A DNA stretch of 64,000 nucleotides from assembly GCA_004557245.1 (NCBI GenBank), contig SFEL01000011.1:6356-70355 (forward strand), written 5' to 3'. The stretch's first letter is position 1, and every line of letters starts with the position of its first letter. This stretch comes from Clostridiales bacterium. Its GTDB lineage: Bacteria; Bacillota; Clostridia; Christensenellales; CAG-138. The translations under genes and the position numbers were made by a program. Positions 8,130 through 16,251 of this stretch are shown here, piece by piece. A model generated the notes under the pieces. That model had not been told where the DNA came from. It was given only the letters and a program-made list of their open reading frames with translations, and did not search any database.

Positions 8130-8173
8130 ACGATTTCGAGTCAGCCCCGTTATGACCACTTCGATACCGCTCC
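8130..8173 (-). pseudogene. 5' half of a tRNA-Ser(CGA)-like gene (acceptor strand, D arm, anticodon loop), with no T arm or 3' acceptor strand
   Basis: Shares ACGATTTCGAGTC and CGTTATGACCACTTCGATAC with 7949-7986. Similarity stops right after the anticodon arm. Confidence 0.6.
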
Positions 8174-8244
8174 ACGTTGGCAGCGTCAAGTGCGCAAGGA
8201 GAATTATACAGCATGGCGAGGGAAATTGCAAATGTTAGCTGAAG

Positions 8245-8409
8245 CTATCCCCGGTGCAGCATGATTATTGTAAGTATGCTGTACAGCGCCATCAGGCAGC
8301 CGAAAAAAAGCATACACTTGCTGGTAGTGCGGAGCCGCTTTGAACCCCGGCAGTATATGCCGCCTGCTATGAATATTATCGCTACCGCGATGCTGAAACC
8401 TACCGGCAT
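8245..8409 (-). CDS. small hydrophobic protein (54 aa), hypothetical
   Basis: ATG directly after GGGGAGGAGACACC, 22 nt downstream of aroE. Sequence MPVGFSIAVAIIFIAGGIY... has two hydrophobic segments. Below the ORF-track size cutoff. Confidence 0.4.
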   Translation of the reverse strand: MPVGFSIAVAIIFIAGGIYCRGSKRLRTTSKCMLFFGCLMALYSILTIIMLHRG

Positions 8410-8430
8410 GGTGTCTCCTCCCCAATAAAC

Positions 8431-9225
8431 CTATTTACATATTTTAATGTATAAATCCCTCTTTAGCAAGTCGGAGGGCAATATACCGGTCCATATGGCG
8501 AAGGCGGCCAATCCCTGGCCTATCAGCATCTCTATACCTTCTACGGTGTCAATGCCGAGGGCCCGGGCCGCCTTGAGAAGCTCCGTTTCACGGGGCATGT
8601 ACACCATATCGCACACAAGGGCGGAAGGGTTGAGCTTCTGCAAAAAAGCAAGGCTGTTAAAACTCTCGCAGCAAGACATGCCTAATGGAGTGGCATTTAT
8701 AAGAATATCGCAGTCCGCGACGTCTTCCATGAGGTGGGAAAAGGGACGCCAGCAAGCTCCTGCTGCTGCGGCCACATTGATGGCGGCAGCCTCATTGCGG
8801 GCGAAAAGGGTAACGCTGTTCTGCTTTGCAAGCGAGTAGGCCGCAGAACGGGCCGCGCCGCCGCTGCCTATTATAAAGATATTTTGCCCGATAGCGGCGT
8901 GCTTTGGGCGTATGGCGGAAAGCAGCCCCTCGCCGTCTGTGGAGTAACCGATATACCCATGCTCCTCCAGGTTAACGATATTTACGCTGCCCATTGCGGC
9001 TGCATCCGGTGAGAGGGCGGAGAGAAAGGGTATTATATCCTGCTTATGGGGCATGGTGCAGGCAAAGCCGTCCAGTCCCATACATACAGCGTCGCCGGCG
9101 CGTCCCTTGGGAAGCCGTATGAGAGAAAAGTCTGCGTCGATGCCGTACTTTTCAAAGAGAAAACCATATATGGCGGGGGAGAGGCTGTGGCCTACCGGGT
9201 CGCCTATGAGAGCGTAATGCTTCAT
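8431..9225 (-). CDS. aroE: shikimate dehydrogenase
   Basis: 264-aa ORF with the IGDPVGHSLSP N-terminal motif and a GSGGAARS NADP site. Confidence 0.85.
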   Translation of the reverse strand: MKHYALIGDPVGHSLSPAIYGFLFEKYGIDADFSLIRLPKGRAGDAVCMGLDGFACTMPHKQDIIPFLSALSPDAAAMGSVNIVNLEEHGYIGYSTDGEGLLSAIRPKHAAIGQNIFIIGSGGAARSAAYSLAKQNSVTLFARNEAAAINVAAAAGACWRPFSHLMEDVADCDILINATPLGMSCCESFNSLAFLQKLNPSALVCDMVYMPRETELLKAARALGIDTVEGIEMLIGQGLAAFAIWTGILPSDLLKRDLYIKICK

Positions 9226-9305
9226 TCATTCCTGCCTTTTGAAATAAGTAATTTTATGCTATTATATCATAAAAGAGACAAGGGAAAGGAAAATCCGGTA
9301 TCTAA

Positions 9306-9737
9306 ATGAAGCTGCTTTTGTTGAACGGCCCAAATCTCAACCTTACGGGCAGGCGGGAGACTGAGATATACGGGAGGACGACGCTGGCCGAAATAGAAAA
9401 AAAGTGCAGGGATATCGCTGCAGCCCATGGCGCGGAGCTGGAGTGCTTCCAGAGCAACCATGAGGGGGCGCTTATAGATAAAATACAGCAGGCCATGGGT
9501 GAATGCGACGGTATAGTGATGAACCCCGGCGCATTGACGCACTATTCTTACAGCCTGCGCGACGCTGTCGCCTGCTGCGAAATGCCCGTGATAGAGGTGC
9601 ATATGAGCGATATACGAGCCAGAGAGCCTTTCAGGGCGGTGTCCGTGACTGAGGAGGTATGTGCGAAAAGCATAGTCGGCCACGGGGCGGAAGGATATTA
9701 CGAGGCGGTGGAGATGCTGCTAAGCGGCGAAGCTTAA
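9306..9737 (+). CDS. aroQ: type II 3-dehydroquinate dehydratase
   Basis: 143-aa ORF with LLLNGPNLNLTGRRE and HMSDIRAREPFR motifs. Confidence 0.9.
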   Translation: MKLLLLNGPNLNLTGRRETEIYGRTTLAEIEKKCRDIAAAHGAELECFQSNHEGALIDKIQQAMGECDGIVMNPGALTHYSYSLRDAVACCEMPVIEVHMSDIRAREPFRAVSVTEEVCAKSIVGHGAEGYYEAVEMLLSGEA

Positions 9738-10201
9738 CCATTCAGCAGGTATATACCGAGGTTCAGGTAGCCTGCAAAGCACAGCCATAGTATATAAGGG
9801 ATCTGCAAAAGGGCGGCGGTCTTGTCGCTCTTTTTGAATTCCGCAGTCATGAACAGCACAAGCGTCAGCAGCAGCAACAGCCAGACAAAGGCGAACAGCC
9901 GCGCCTCCAGCCTGAAAAAGAATATGCTCCAGCAAAAATTTACGGCAAGCTGGGTGAAAAACAGGGCGAGGGAAACGGATCTGTACGGGCCGCCTGCGAT
10001 ATATACCCTTGTGGCTCCGATGCCCATAAGTATGAACAGCGCCGTCCATACTACAGGGAACAGCCAACCCGGAGGAGCGAAAGGCGGCTGGACAAGCCTT
10101 GCATAATTATCCATGCTGTTCCCTGTAACCAGGGCGGAAAGGCCGCCTACAGCCAGCGCCGATCCGACGAATATTATATACGGTTTAAGCTTTTGCCACA
10201 T
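9734..10201 (-). CDS. tspO: TspO/MBR family tryptophan-rich sensory protein
   Basis: 155-aa ORF with 5 hydrophobic helices and the PPFAPPGWLFPVVWTALFILMG motif. Confidence 0.8.
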   Translation of the reverse strand: MWQKLKPYIIFVGSALAVGGLSALVTGNSMDNYARLVQPPFAPPGWLFPVVWTALFILMGIGATRVYIAGGPYRSVSLALFFTQLAVNFCWSIFFFRLEARLFAFVWLLLLLTLVLFMTAEFKKSDKTAALLQIPYILWLCFAGYLNLGIYLLNG

Positions 10202-10294
10202 AGAGCAGTGCCTCCGGAAATACTTTGTCTGTCTATTTTATGCAAAGTGATGCAAAAAATACGGGCGTTCCGCCCGTATACCGGAAGCAGATCG

Positions 10295-10936
10295 TTACAT
10301 CAGGCTTGGCAGATTGGAAAACTCGAAGCAGCCGTATACCGTTACGTTGGTCTTGCCGCTGCAGCCGCATTGCTCGGTGGAGACATTTACGGAGGGAGTG
10401 ACTCTGCCGCAGGAGAGCTCTGTGAGGTCGGGCTCGCTTCCGCCGCAGGCATAACCCACCACCTCGTCTACCATGGTGCTGCCGGAAACTGACAGACAGA
10501 CGCTGCTGCCGCAGCCGCTCTTTACGCTGCCTACATTGATTATGTAAGGGATAGCGCCGGTAAGGCTTATACGGTACACCTGAACGGGGCAGCATCCGCC
10601 ACAGGGAAGCTGTGCACTCATGGTCATCTCCTCTACGGTATAGCCTAAGAAGGAAGTATCGTAGGCGATCTTGGCGGTGGAGGAGCATACGTCGCTGGCG
10701 TCGAAAGATTCGTGCAGGGTGATGGTTTCGCAGAAGTTTACGCTTCTGGAGCAGGGGGTGCAGCTTTCGCAGTCGCAGCTGCAGGCAGAGTCGGGTTCGG
10801 AGGAGCAGCCGCAGCCGGCGGGCGTATTGGCGGACGCCGCTATGGGTTCGCCGCAGGTGCGGCCGGTGTCCTCTGCGGGGGCGGCGGACGGTCTGTTGGG
10901 AAAGTCCCTGTTTGCATAATTGATTCTTGCGCTCAT
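10295..10936 (-). CDS. cysteine-rich orphan protein (213 aa, about 20 Cys), function unknown
   Basis: ATG 10934-10936 follows GAAAGGAAAG. The longer ORF-track version runs through tRNA-Leu and is rejected. Clusters GCGC, CSCDCESCTPC and PCGGCC. Confidence 0.6.
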   Translation of the reverse strand: MSARINYANRDFPNRPSAAPAEDTGRTCGEPIAASANTPAGCGCSSEPDSACSCDCESCTPCSRSVNFCETITLHESFDASDVCSSTAKIAYDTSFLGYTVEEMTMSAQLPCGGCCPVQVYRISLTGAIPYIINVGSVKSGCGSSVCLSVSGSTMVDEVVGYACGGSEPDLTELSCGRVTPSVNVSTEQCGCSGKTNVTVYGCFEFSNLPSLM

Positions 10937-11098
10937 ATAAAATTCTTTCCTTTCTTGTGCCGCGGCGAAAACGCGGCATGGGGTTGCTATATAATATGAC
11001 AGGGAATAAATCAGAGTGTCGAAAAAGTGACCGGGCGCCATTTTTTCGACAGCCGAAATAACAATTGCGTCAAAAAGTGCGGCGTAATAAAATTGATA

Positions 11099-11127
11099 TT
11101 GACAATGGCGCGGGATTTGATTATAAT
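11099..11127 (+). promoter_or_regulatory. consensus sigma-A promoter of tRNA-Leu
   Basis: TTGACA (11099-11104), 17-nt spacer, TATAAT (11122-11127), about 25 nt before the tRNA. Confidence 0.7.
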
Positions 11128-11152
11128 AATTCCTGTTGCAAAACTTAATATT

Positions 11153-11235
11153 GCGGCCATGGCGGAATAGGCAGACGCGTACGTTTGAGGGGCGTATGGG
11201 AGACCGTATGAGTTCAAGTCTCATTGGCCGCACCA
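11153..11235 (+). tRNA. tRNA-Leu (anticodon GAG), type II, CCA encoded
   Basis: Hand-folded. Acceptor GCGGCCA/TGGCCGC, anticodon arm TACGT-TTGAGGG-GCGTA, T arm ATGAG-TTCAAGT-CTCAT. Confidence 0.85.
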
Positions 11236-11237
11236 AT

Positions 11238-11270
11238 AAAAAGTGAATACCCACAGGGTATTCACTTTTT
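11238..11270 (+). terminator. rho-independent terminator after tRNA-Leu
   Basis: AGTGAATACCC / GGGTATTCACT stem with a 3-nt loop, followed by TTTTT. Confidence 0.8.
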
Positions 11271-11541
11271 ATTAGTTCAAACGGCCAACTGAGACTTGAA
11301 GGGCGCGACCCCGGGAGGGGGCAAATCGCGCCGGTGACGCGATTTGAGCGCCCCGAGGTGACTGACCTGCAGAATGCTTTATTCAAATTGTAAATAAATA
11401 TATTTTCTCTTTACGAAAAAGATAATCCCGCACTGCGCGGGACTTTTTTGTAGATTCATATTTTCCTGTCACTTTTGGCTGTTGTTAATCACTGACGGCT
11501 GTGGTAATATAATCAAACGGCGCAGTAAGGAGCATTGAATA

Positions 11542-12270
11542 ATGAACAAAAAACCAAATATACTTATAGTTAACGATGACGGAATAGAGTCTCACGGCAT
11601 AGCCAGACTTGCGGCTATGGCGGCAAACTTCGGCGATGTCTGGGTAGTCGCTCCTGAGGGACAGTGCAGCGGCATGTCACATAAGCTTACTATTTTCAGT
11701 GAGCTCAATGCGCACGAAAGGGAATTTCCGGCGGCGGTAAGGGGTGCGTATAGCGTAAGCGGTACGCCTGCGGACTGCGTCAAGGTAGCCCTCAAATCTT
11801 TGCTGCCTGTATGGCCGGATTACGTATTCTCCGGTATAAACGCCGGCTTTAACGCTGGCTACGATATTGCCTATTCCGGCACTGTGGGCGCGGCTATGGA
11901 GGCTGTGCTGCACGACATACCGGCTATAGCATTTTCGACTCAGCATGACGGCAGCTATGAAATAACGGACAAGTACCTGCTGCCTATAGCCGAGGAACTT
12001 ATGCAGAAGTCCAATGCCGGGGAAATATGGAACGTGAACTTTCCGGGCTGTCAGGCATGCGATTTCAAGGGCATAATACGCGGCGCAGAGGCCGCGCCAA
12101 GCTTTTTCTTTGAGAATGATTATCAGAAGTCGGAGCGGGAGGGGAAGATAGTGCTTACTCCATTCGCAAAGCTGCTTGGCCCGAACGATGCGCCGAAAGG
12201 TACCGATGTATGGGCTGTTTTGAACGGCTATATAGCCATCGGCCGTATCAAAAACGCACTTTATAGATAA
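11542..12270 (+). CDS. surE: 5'/3'-nucleotidase SurE
   Basis: 242-aa ORF with the ILIVNDDGIES N-terminal motif and SGINAGFN. Confidence 0.85.
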   Translation: MNKKPNILIVNDDGIESHGIARLAAMAANFGDVWVVAPEGQCSGMSHKLTIFSELNAHEREFPAAVRGAYSVSGTPADCVKVALKSLLPVWPDYVFSGINAGFNAGYDIAYSGTVGAAMEAVLHDIPAIAFSTQHDGSYEITDKYLLPIAEELMQKSNAGEIWNVNFPGCQACDFKGIIRGAEAAPSFFFENDYQKSEREGKIVLTPFAKLLGPNDAPKGTDVWAVLNGYIAIGRIKNALYR

Positions 12271-12415
12271 TATTTAAGAGCCATATGTGTCACTCATTGC
12301 CAATATATGCTTTATGTGATATTATATTGACGAAAAGAATCGAAAAAATCGCCTAGCCTTAAGCGATTCATAGGCCATGTGCCATGAATATAAATATTAT
12401 GGAGGAAAATACAAA

Positions 12416-13531
12416 ATGAAAAAGACCGTAGCACTGCTTTTTGCACTTGTTATGGCGTTCTCCGTATGCGCCTGCAGCCAGCCTGCTCCTGTAGAGGCAC
12501 CCGCTGAAGAGAATGCCGAGACCGCTGCCCCTGCCGAGGAGACTCCTGCTGAGAAGCCTCACTTCGACAAGCTGACCCTCGAGTTTGTTCCCTCCAAAGA
12601 CGCTGATGTTATCATCGCCGGCACCAAGAACCTGCCCGAGCTCGTAAAGGCGGAAATGTCCAACCTCGGCTATGATATCGACGAAGTAGACATCACTGTC
12701 GGCACCAGCTATGATGCTACCGGCGAAGCTATGTCCGCAGGCTCTATCGACCTCGGCTGGCTGCCCGGCGGTACCTACGCCCTCTATTCCGACGATACCG
12801 ACGTTATCCTGACCGCTACCCGCAACGGCCTGTCCAACGACAGCACCGATCCCAAGACCTGGAACGGCGAAGCTAACGCCACCCAGAAGAACGGACCTCA
12901 GGTAACCTATTATCGTTCCCTGATCTACGCCACTCCTTCCGAGTACGGCAAGAAGCTTGCTGAAAAGGTAAACAACGGCGAGGCCCTGACCTGGGAAGAT
13001 CTGGACGGCGCAAAGTGGGCAGTTCAGAAGACCTCATCTTCAGCAGGTTACATTTACCCCTCCATGTGGCTTATGGCCAACTATGACGGAAAGAAGATCT
13101 CCGACCTTTCAAATGTAATCCCTCTTGACTCCGGCTATGGCACCGCTTTCTCCTATGCCGCTGCCGAGCAGGTAGACATCATCGTATGCTATGCCGACGG
13201 CCGTAACGACTACGAGGCAAGCTGGACTTTGCCTACCGACAAGCAGGATGAGACCGGTAAGCAGGGCATGGGCCGCACCGAGTCCATCTGGAACGAGCTG
13301 AATGTTATCGGCGTGACTGAAGGTATCTACAATGACACCGTAGCTATATCCAAGGCCAGCCAGTATTACACTCCCGAGATCGTAGCTGCACTTCAGGATT
13401 GCTTTATCAACATCATCAACACTGATGAAGGCAAGGCTATCTTTGATGTATACAGCCACACCGGCTACGCCAAGGCCACCGACGCTGATTACGACGGCGC
13501 ACGCGCTGCCCTCAAGGCTGTTTCCGACTAA
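12416..13531 (+). CDS. phnD: phosphonate/phosphite-type ABC transporter substrate-binding lipoprotein (PhnD family)
   Basis: ATG 12416 follows GGAGGA. Lipobox LVMAFSVCAC. Adjacent to phnC and phnE. Confidence 0.75.
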   Translation: MKKTVALLFALVMAFSVCACSQPAPVEAPAEENAETAAPAEETPAEKPHFDKLTLEFVPSKDADVIIAGTKNLPELVKAEMSNLGYDIDEVDITVGTSYDATGEAMSAGSIDLGWLPGGTYALYSDDTDVILTATRNGLSNDSTDPKTWNGEANATQKNGPQVTYYRSLIYATPSEYGKKLAEKVNNGEALTWEDLDGAKWAVQKTSSSAGYIYPSMWLMANYDGKKISDLSNVIPLDSGYGTAFSYAAAEQVDIIVCYADGRNDYEASWTLPTDKQDETGKQGMGRTESIWNELNVIGVTEGIYNDTVAISKASQYYTPEIVAALQDCFINIINTDEGKAIFDVYSHTGYAKATDADYDGARAALKAVSD

Positions 13532-13546
13532 TTATATCCAAAGCCA

Positions 13547-13574
13547 AGCGCCCTGCGTAAACAGGGCGCTTTTC
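13547..13574 (+). terminator. stem-loop with a short U-tract after phnD (partial terminator)
   Basis: AGCGCCCTG / CAGGGCGCT stem followed by TTT. Confidence 0.55.
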
Positions 13575-13642
13575 CCTTAATTATTTTATACAAGGCATTA
13601 TTTAGCATTACTTTATTTTATTAATATAGAAAGAGTCGCAGC

Positions 13643-14440
13643 ATGATAGAATTCAAGAATGTGTATAAGACTTATCCAAACGGCTTTACGGCACTTAAGA
13701 ACATAAGCCTGCAAATCGAACAGGGCGAGTTTGTGGCCATCATAGGCCTTTCCGGCGCGGGTAAATCCACCATACTGCGCTGCATCAACCGCATGCACGA
13801 CATTACCAAGGGTGAACTTACGGTGGACGGTGTGGACGTGGACTCTCTCAGGGGCAAAGAACTCAGAAGGTACCGCCGCAAGGTAGGAATGATATTCCAG
13901 AGCTTTAACCTCGTCTCCCGCAGTACTGCCATAAAGAACGTGCTCACGGCAGATGTACCCGACATGCCCTTCTTCAAGGTGCTCTTGGGTATATTCTCCA
14001 AGGAGCAGAAGATGCGTGCGCTGGAAAGCCTGGATAAGGTAGGCATTTTGGATAAGGCCTATACCCGCTGCGACCAGCTGTCCGGCGGACAGCAGCAGCG
14101 CGTAGCGCTTGCGCGCACGCTGAACCAGAACCCCAAGATAATCCTTGCGGACGAGCCTGTGGCCTCCCTTGACCCCATTACCGCAAAGCAGGTGATGCAG
14201 GACTTTGTGCGCATCAATAAGGAATATAAGATATCCATACTTCTCAACATTCACCATGTAGACCTTGCCCTCAAGTACTGCGACAGGGTAATAGGCATAC
14301 GCGCCGGCGAGATAGTATTCGACGGTCCTGCCAGTACCATAACTCAGGAGCAGATAGACGAGGTATACAACGGCACGAAGGTTCCCACCATGGGCGAAGG
14401 CGAGGGAGAACTTCCCCAAATAAACAAGGTAGAGGGCTGA
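13643..14440 (+). CDS. phnC: phosphonate ABC transporter ATP-binding protein
   Basis: 265-aa ORF with Walker A GLSGAGKST, signature LSGGQQQR and Walker B ILADEP. Confidence 0.85.
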   Translation: MIEFKNVYKTYPNGFTALKNISLQIEQGEFVAIIGLSGAGKSTILRCINRMHDITKGELTVDGVDVDSLRGKELRRYRRKVGMIFQSFNLVSRSTAIKNVLTADVPDMPFFKVLLGIFSKEQKMRALESLDKVGILDKAYTRCDQLSGGQQQRVALARTLNQNPKIILADEPVASLDPITAKQVMQDFVRINKEYKISILLNIHHVDLALKYCDRVIGIRAGEIVFDGPASTITQEQIDEVYNGTKVPTMGEGEGELPQINKVEG

Positions 14441-14444
14441 TAAT

Positions 14445-15299
14445 ATGGAAAACGAAAACAGCTCCGCCATCATAAAAGAAACGCTGTATGACAAGGTGTT
14501 CAAGCCCCAGAAGATAACCCTTGCCAACGGCCACAGCGTACTGCGCCGCAGGAGCCGCACGCCGTTGATAGTGCTGCTTCTGGCTCTGGCCATATACCTT
14601 TCACTGGAGATGACCGGCTTTGACATGGGCATTATCATCAGCAAGTTCAGCAAGATGCTGGACCTGATGAAGAAGATACTCCAGCCCGACTGGACATTCT
14701 TCCCAAAGGTGGTATCTCCCCTTATAGATACCATAAAGATGTCCATACTGGGCACTGTAATAGGCTGCCTTCTGGCGCTGCCCGTAGCCATACTTTCATC
14801 AAGCAACATAAACCACAACCTGCCAATAGTGAGCGTTTGCAGGTTCATACTGGCACTTATCCGCACGCTGCCTACACTTATCATAGCGCTGGTTTGCGCC
14901 CTGATATTTTCCCTCGGAACCTTTTCAGGCACCGTTGCAATAGCTATATTTACCTTCGGCATCGTAGCAAAGATGCTCTTCGAGAGCATAGAGACTATAG
15001 ACATGGGTCCCTTCGAGGCCATGGAGGCGCTGGGCGCGAACAAGTTTCAGGCCTTCTGGTCTGCATGCGTGCCGCAGATACTGCCTGTTTACCTCAGCCA
15101 CAGCCTCTATTGCTTTGAGATGAACGTACGCGCCTCTGCCATACTGGGCTACGTAGGCGCCGGCGGTTTGGGTATAACCATCAACGAGCGCATAGGCTGG
15201 AGGGATTACAACAGCCTTGGCATGGTGCTCCTTTCACTGTTCGTGGTAGTTGTGGCCATAGACTTCTTCAGCGAATACCTGCGTAGGAAGCTGAGCTGA
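14445..15299 (+). CDS. phnE: phosphonate ABC transporter permease
   Basis: 284-aa polytopic membrane ORF directly after phnC. Confidence 0.8.
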   Translation: MENENSSAIIKETLYDKVFKPQKITLANGHSVLRRRSRTPLIVLLLALAIYLSLEMTGFDMGIIISKFSKMLDLMKKILQPDWTFFPKVVSPLIDTIKMSILGTVIGCLLALPVAILSSSNINHNLPIVSVCRFILALIRTLPTLIIALVCALIFSLGTFSGTVAIAIFTFGIVAKMLFESIETIDMGPFEAMEALGANKFQAFWSACVPQILPVYLSHSLYCFEMNVRASAILGYVGAGGLGITINERIGWRDYNSLGMVLLSLFVVVVAIDFFSEYLRRKLS

Positions 15300-15312
15300 C
15301 AGGAGGGGCAAT

Positions 15313-16176
15313 ATGGATAAAAAGAAAAAATTCAACATAGAAGAAATAGAGCAGACGCTGGACAGGAAGCTCACCGTAGCGGAGGTATACGCCAACAGGC
15401 CGCACAAGTGGATAGTATATACCGCCATAGTGCTTATAATAGTGACGCTGGTGGGCTGGTCCGCCGCCGACATCAAGTTCACAGGCCTTACTGCCACAGG
15501 TACCGAGGTAGCAAAGGGCGTTCTCCACGGCGTATTCCACCCGGATACCAACCTTATGTTCGGCACCACGAATACCGACGTGCCTTATCTGCTGCTGCAA
15601 ACTATGGCCATAGCCGTGCTGGGCACGCTGTTCGGCGCCATACTGGCCATACCCTTCGCGTTCCTTGCTTCCTTCAATATCATGCCTAAGCCCGTGGCAT
15701 ATGTGGTTCGTGTGCTGATATTGATGATACGCACCATACCAAGCATAGTATGGGCGCTGATGTGGATACGGGTTACCGGCCCCGGCGCTGCCTGCGGCGT
15801 AATAACCCAGTCAATTTGCTCCATAGGCATGATATCCAAGATGTATATCACGGCCATAGAGGATCTGGACACCCACATACTGGAGAGCCTGGATGCAATG
15901 GGCTGCACCCCCTTCCAGAAGATACGTTACGGCGTTATCCCGCAGCTCACCGCCAGCTTTATCTCCACCACCATATATCGCTTCGATATCAACCTTAAGG
16001 ACGCTACTACCCTCGGTATCGTCGGCGCGGGCGGCATAGGCGCATCGCTGGTGCAGTGCCTGAACAGCCGCCGCTGGGCTATGGTAGGCGCCTTCGTATG
16101 GGGACTCATGGTGCTGGTGCTTATAATAGAGCTGGTATCCACGAGGATCCGCAGAAAGCTTGCACACGGCGCATAA
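15313..16176 (+). CDS. phnE: phosphonate ABC transporter permease (second copy)
   Basis: 287-aa membrane ORF, paralogous to the preceding permease. Confidence 0.8.
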   Translation: MDKKKKFNIEEIEQTLDRKLTVAEVYANRPHKWIVYTAIVLIIVTLVGWSAADIKFTGLTATGTEVAKGVLHGVFHPDTNLMFGTTNTDVPYLLLQTMAIAVLGTLFGAILAIPFAFLASFNIMPKPVAYVVRVLILMIRTIPSIVWALMWIRVTGPGAACGVITQSICSIGMISKMYITAIEDLDTHILESLDAMGCTPFQKIRYGVIPQLTASFISTTIYRFDINLKDATTLGIVGAGGIGASLVQCLNSRRWAMVGAFVWGLMVLVLIIELVSTRIRRKLAHGA

Positions 16177-16251
16177 TAACCGCTGTACCCAATGCCCCGG
16201 CGCCATCAGCGCGGGGGCATTGTTGGCCAAAGGGATAAACTTCAGCATAAG

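Noticed and set aside
7872-8264. 130-aa ORF spanning the tRNA-Ser genes, with repeated TISS..RYDHFDT peptides.
   Set aside because: The peptide repeat simply reflects translation of the duplicated tRNA segment. It is not a gene.
10233-10979. 248-aa Arg-rich ORF overlapping the Cys-rich gene in another frame.
   Set aside because: It is low-complexity (R/L/Q) with no RBS. The frame chosen instead has a strong RBS and a non-repetitive sequence.
10937-11386. N-terminal 150-aa extension of the Cys-rich ORF (ORF-track version 10295-11386).
   Set aside because: The extension runs antisense through tRNA-Leu, its promoter and its terminator. An internal ATG with an RBS at 10936 explains the gene.
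13613-15043. 476-aa ORF on the minus strand across phnC and phnE. Similar long antisense ORFs occur at 17744-18787, 22778-24445, 27458-28492, 35527-36348, 39506-40777, 44082-44972 and 57823-58728.
   Set aside because: Each lies fully antisense to a gene with clear family motifs. None has an RBS, and their compositions are odd (Arg/Gly/Val/Tyr-rich). Such shadow ORFs are expected when the sense strand rarely uses codons whose complements are stops.
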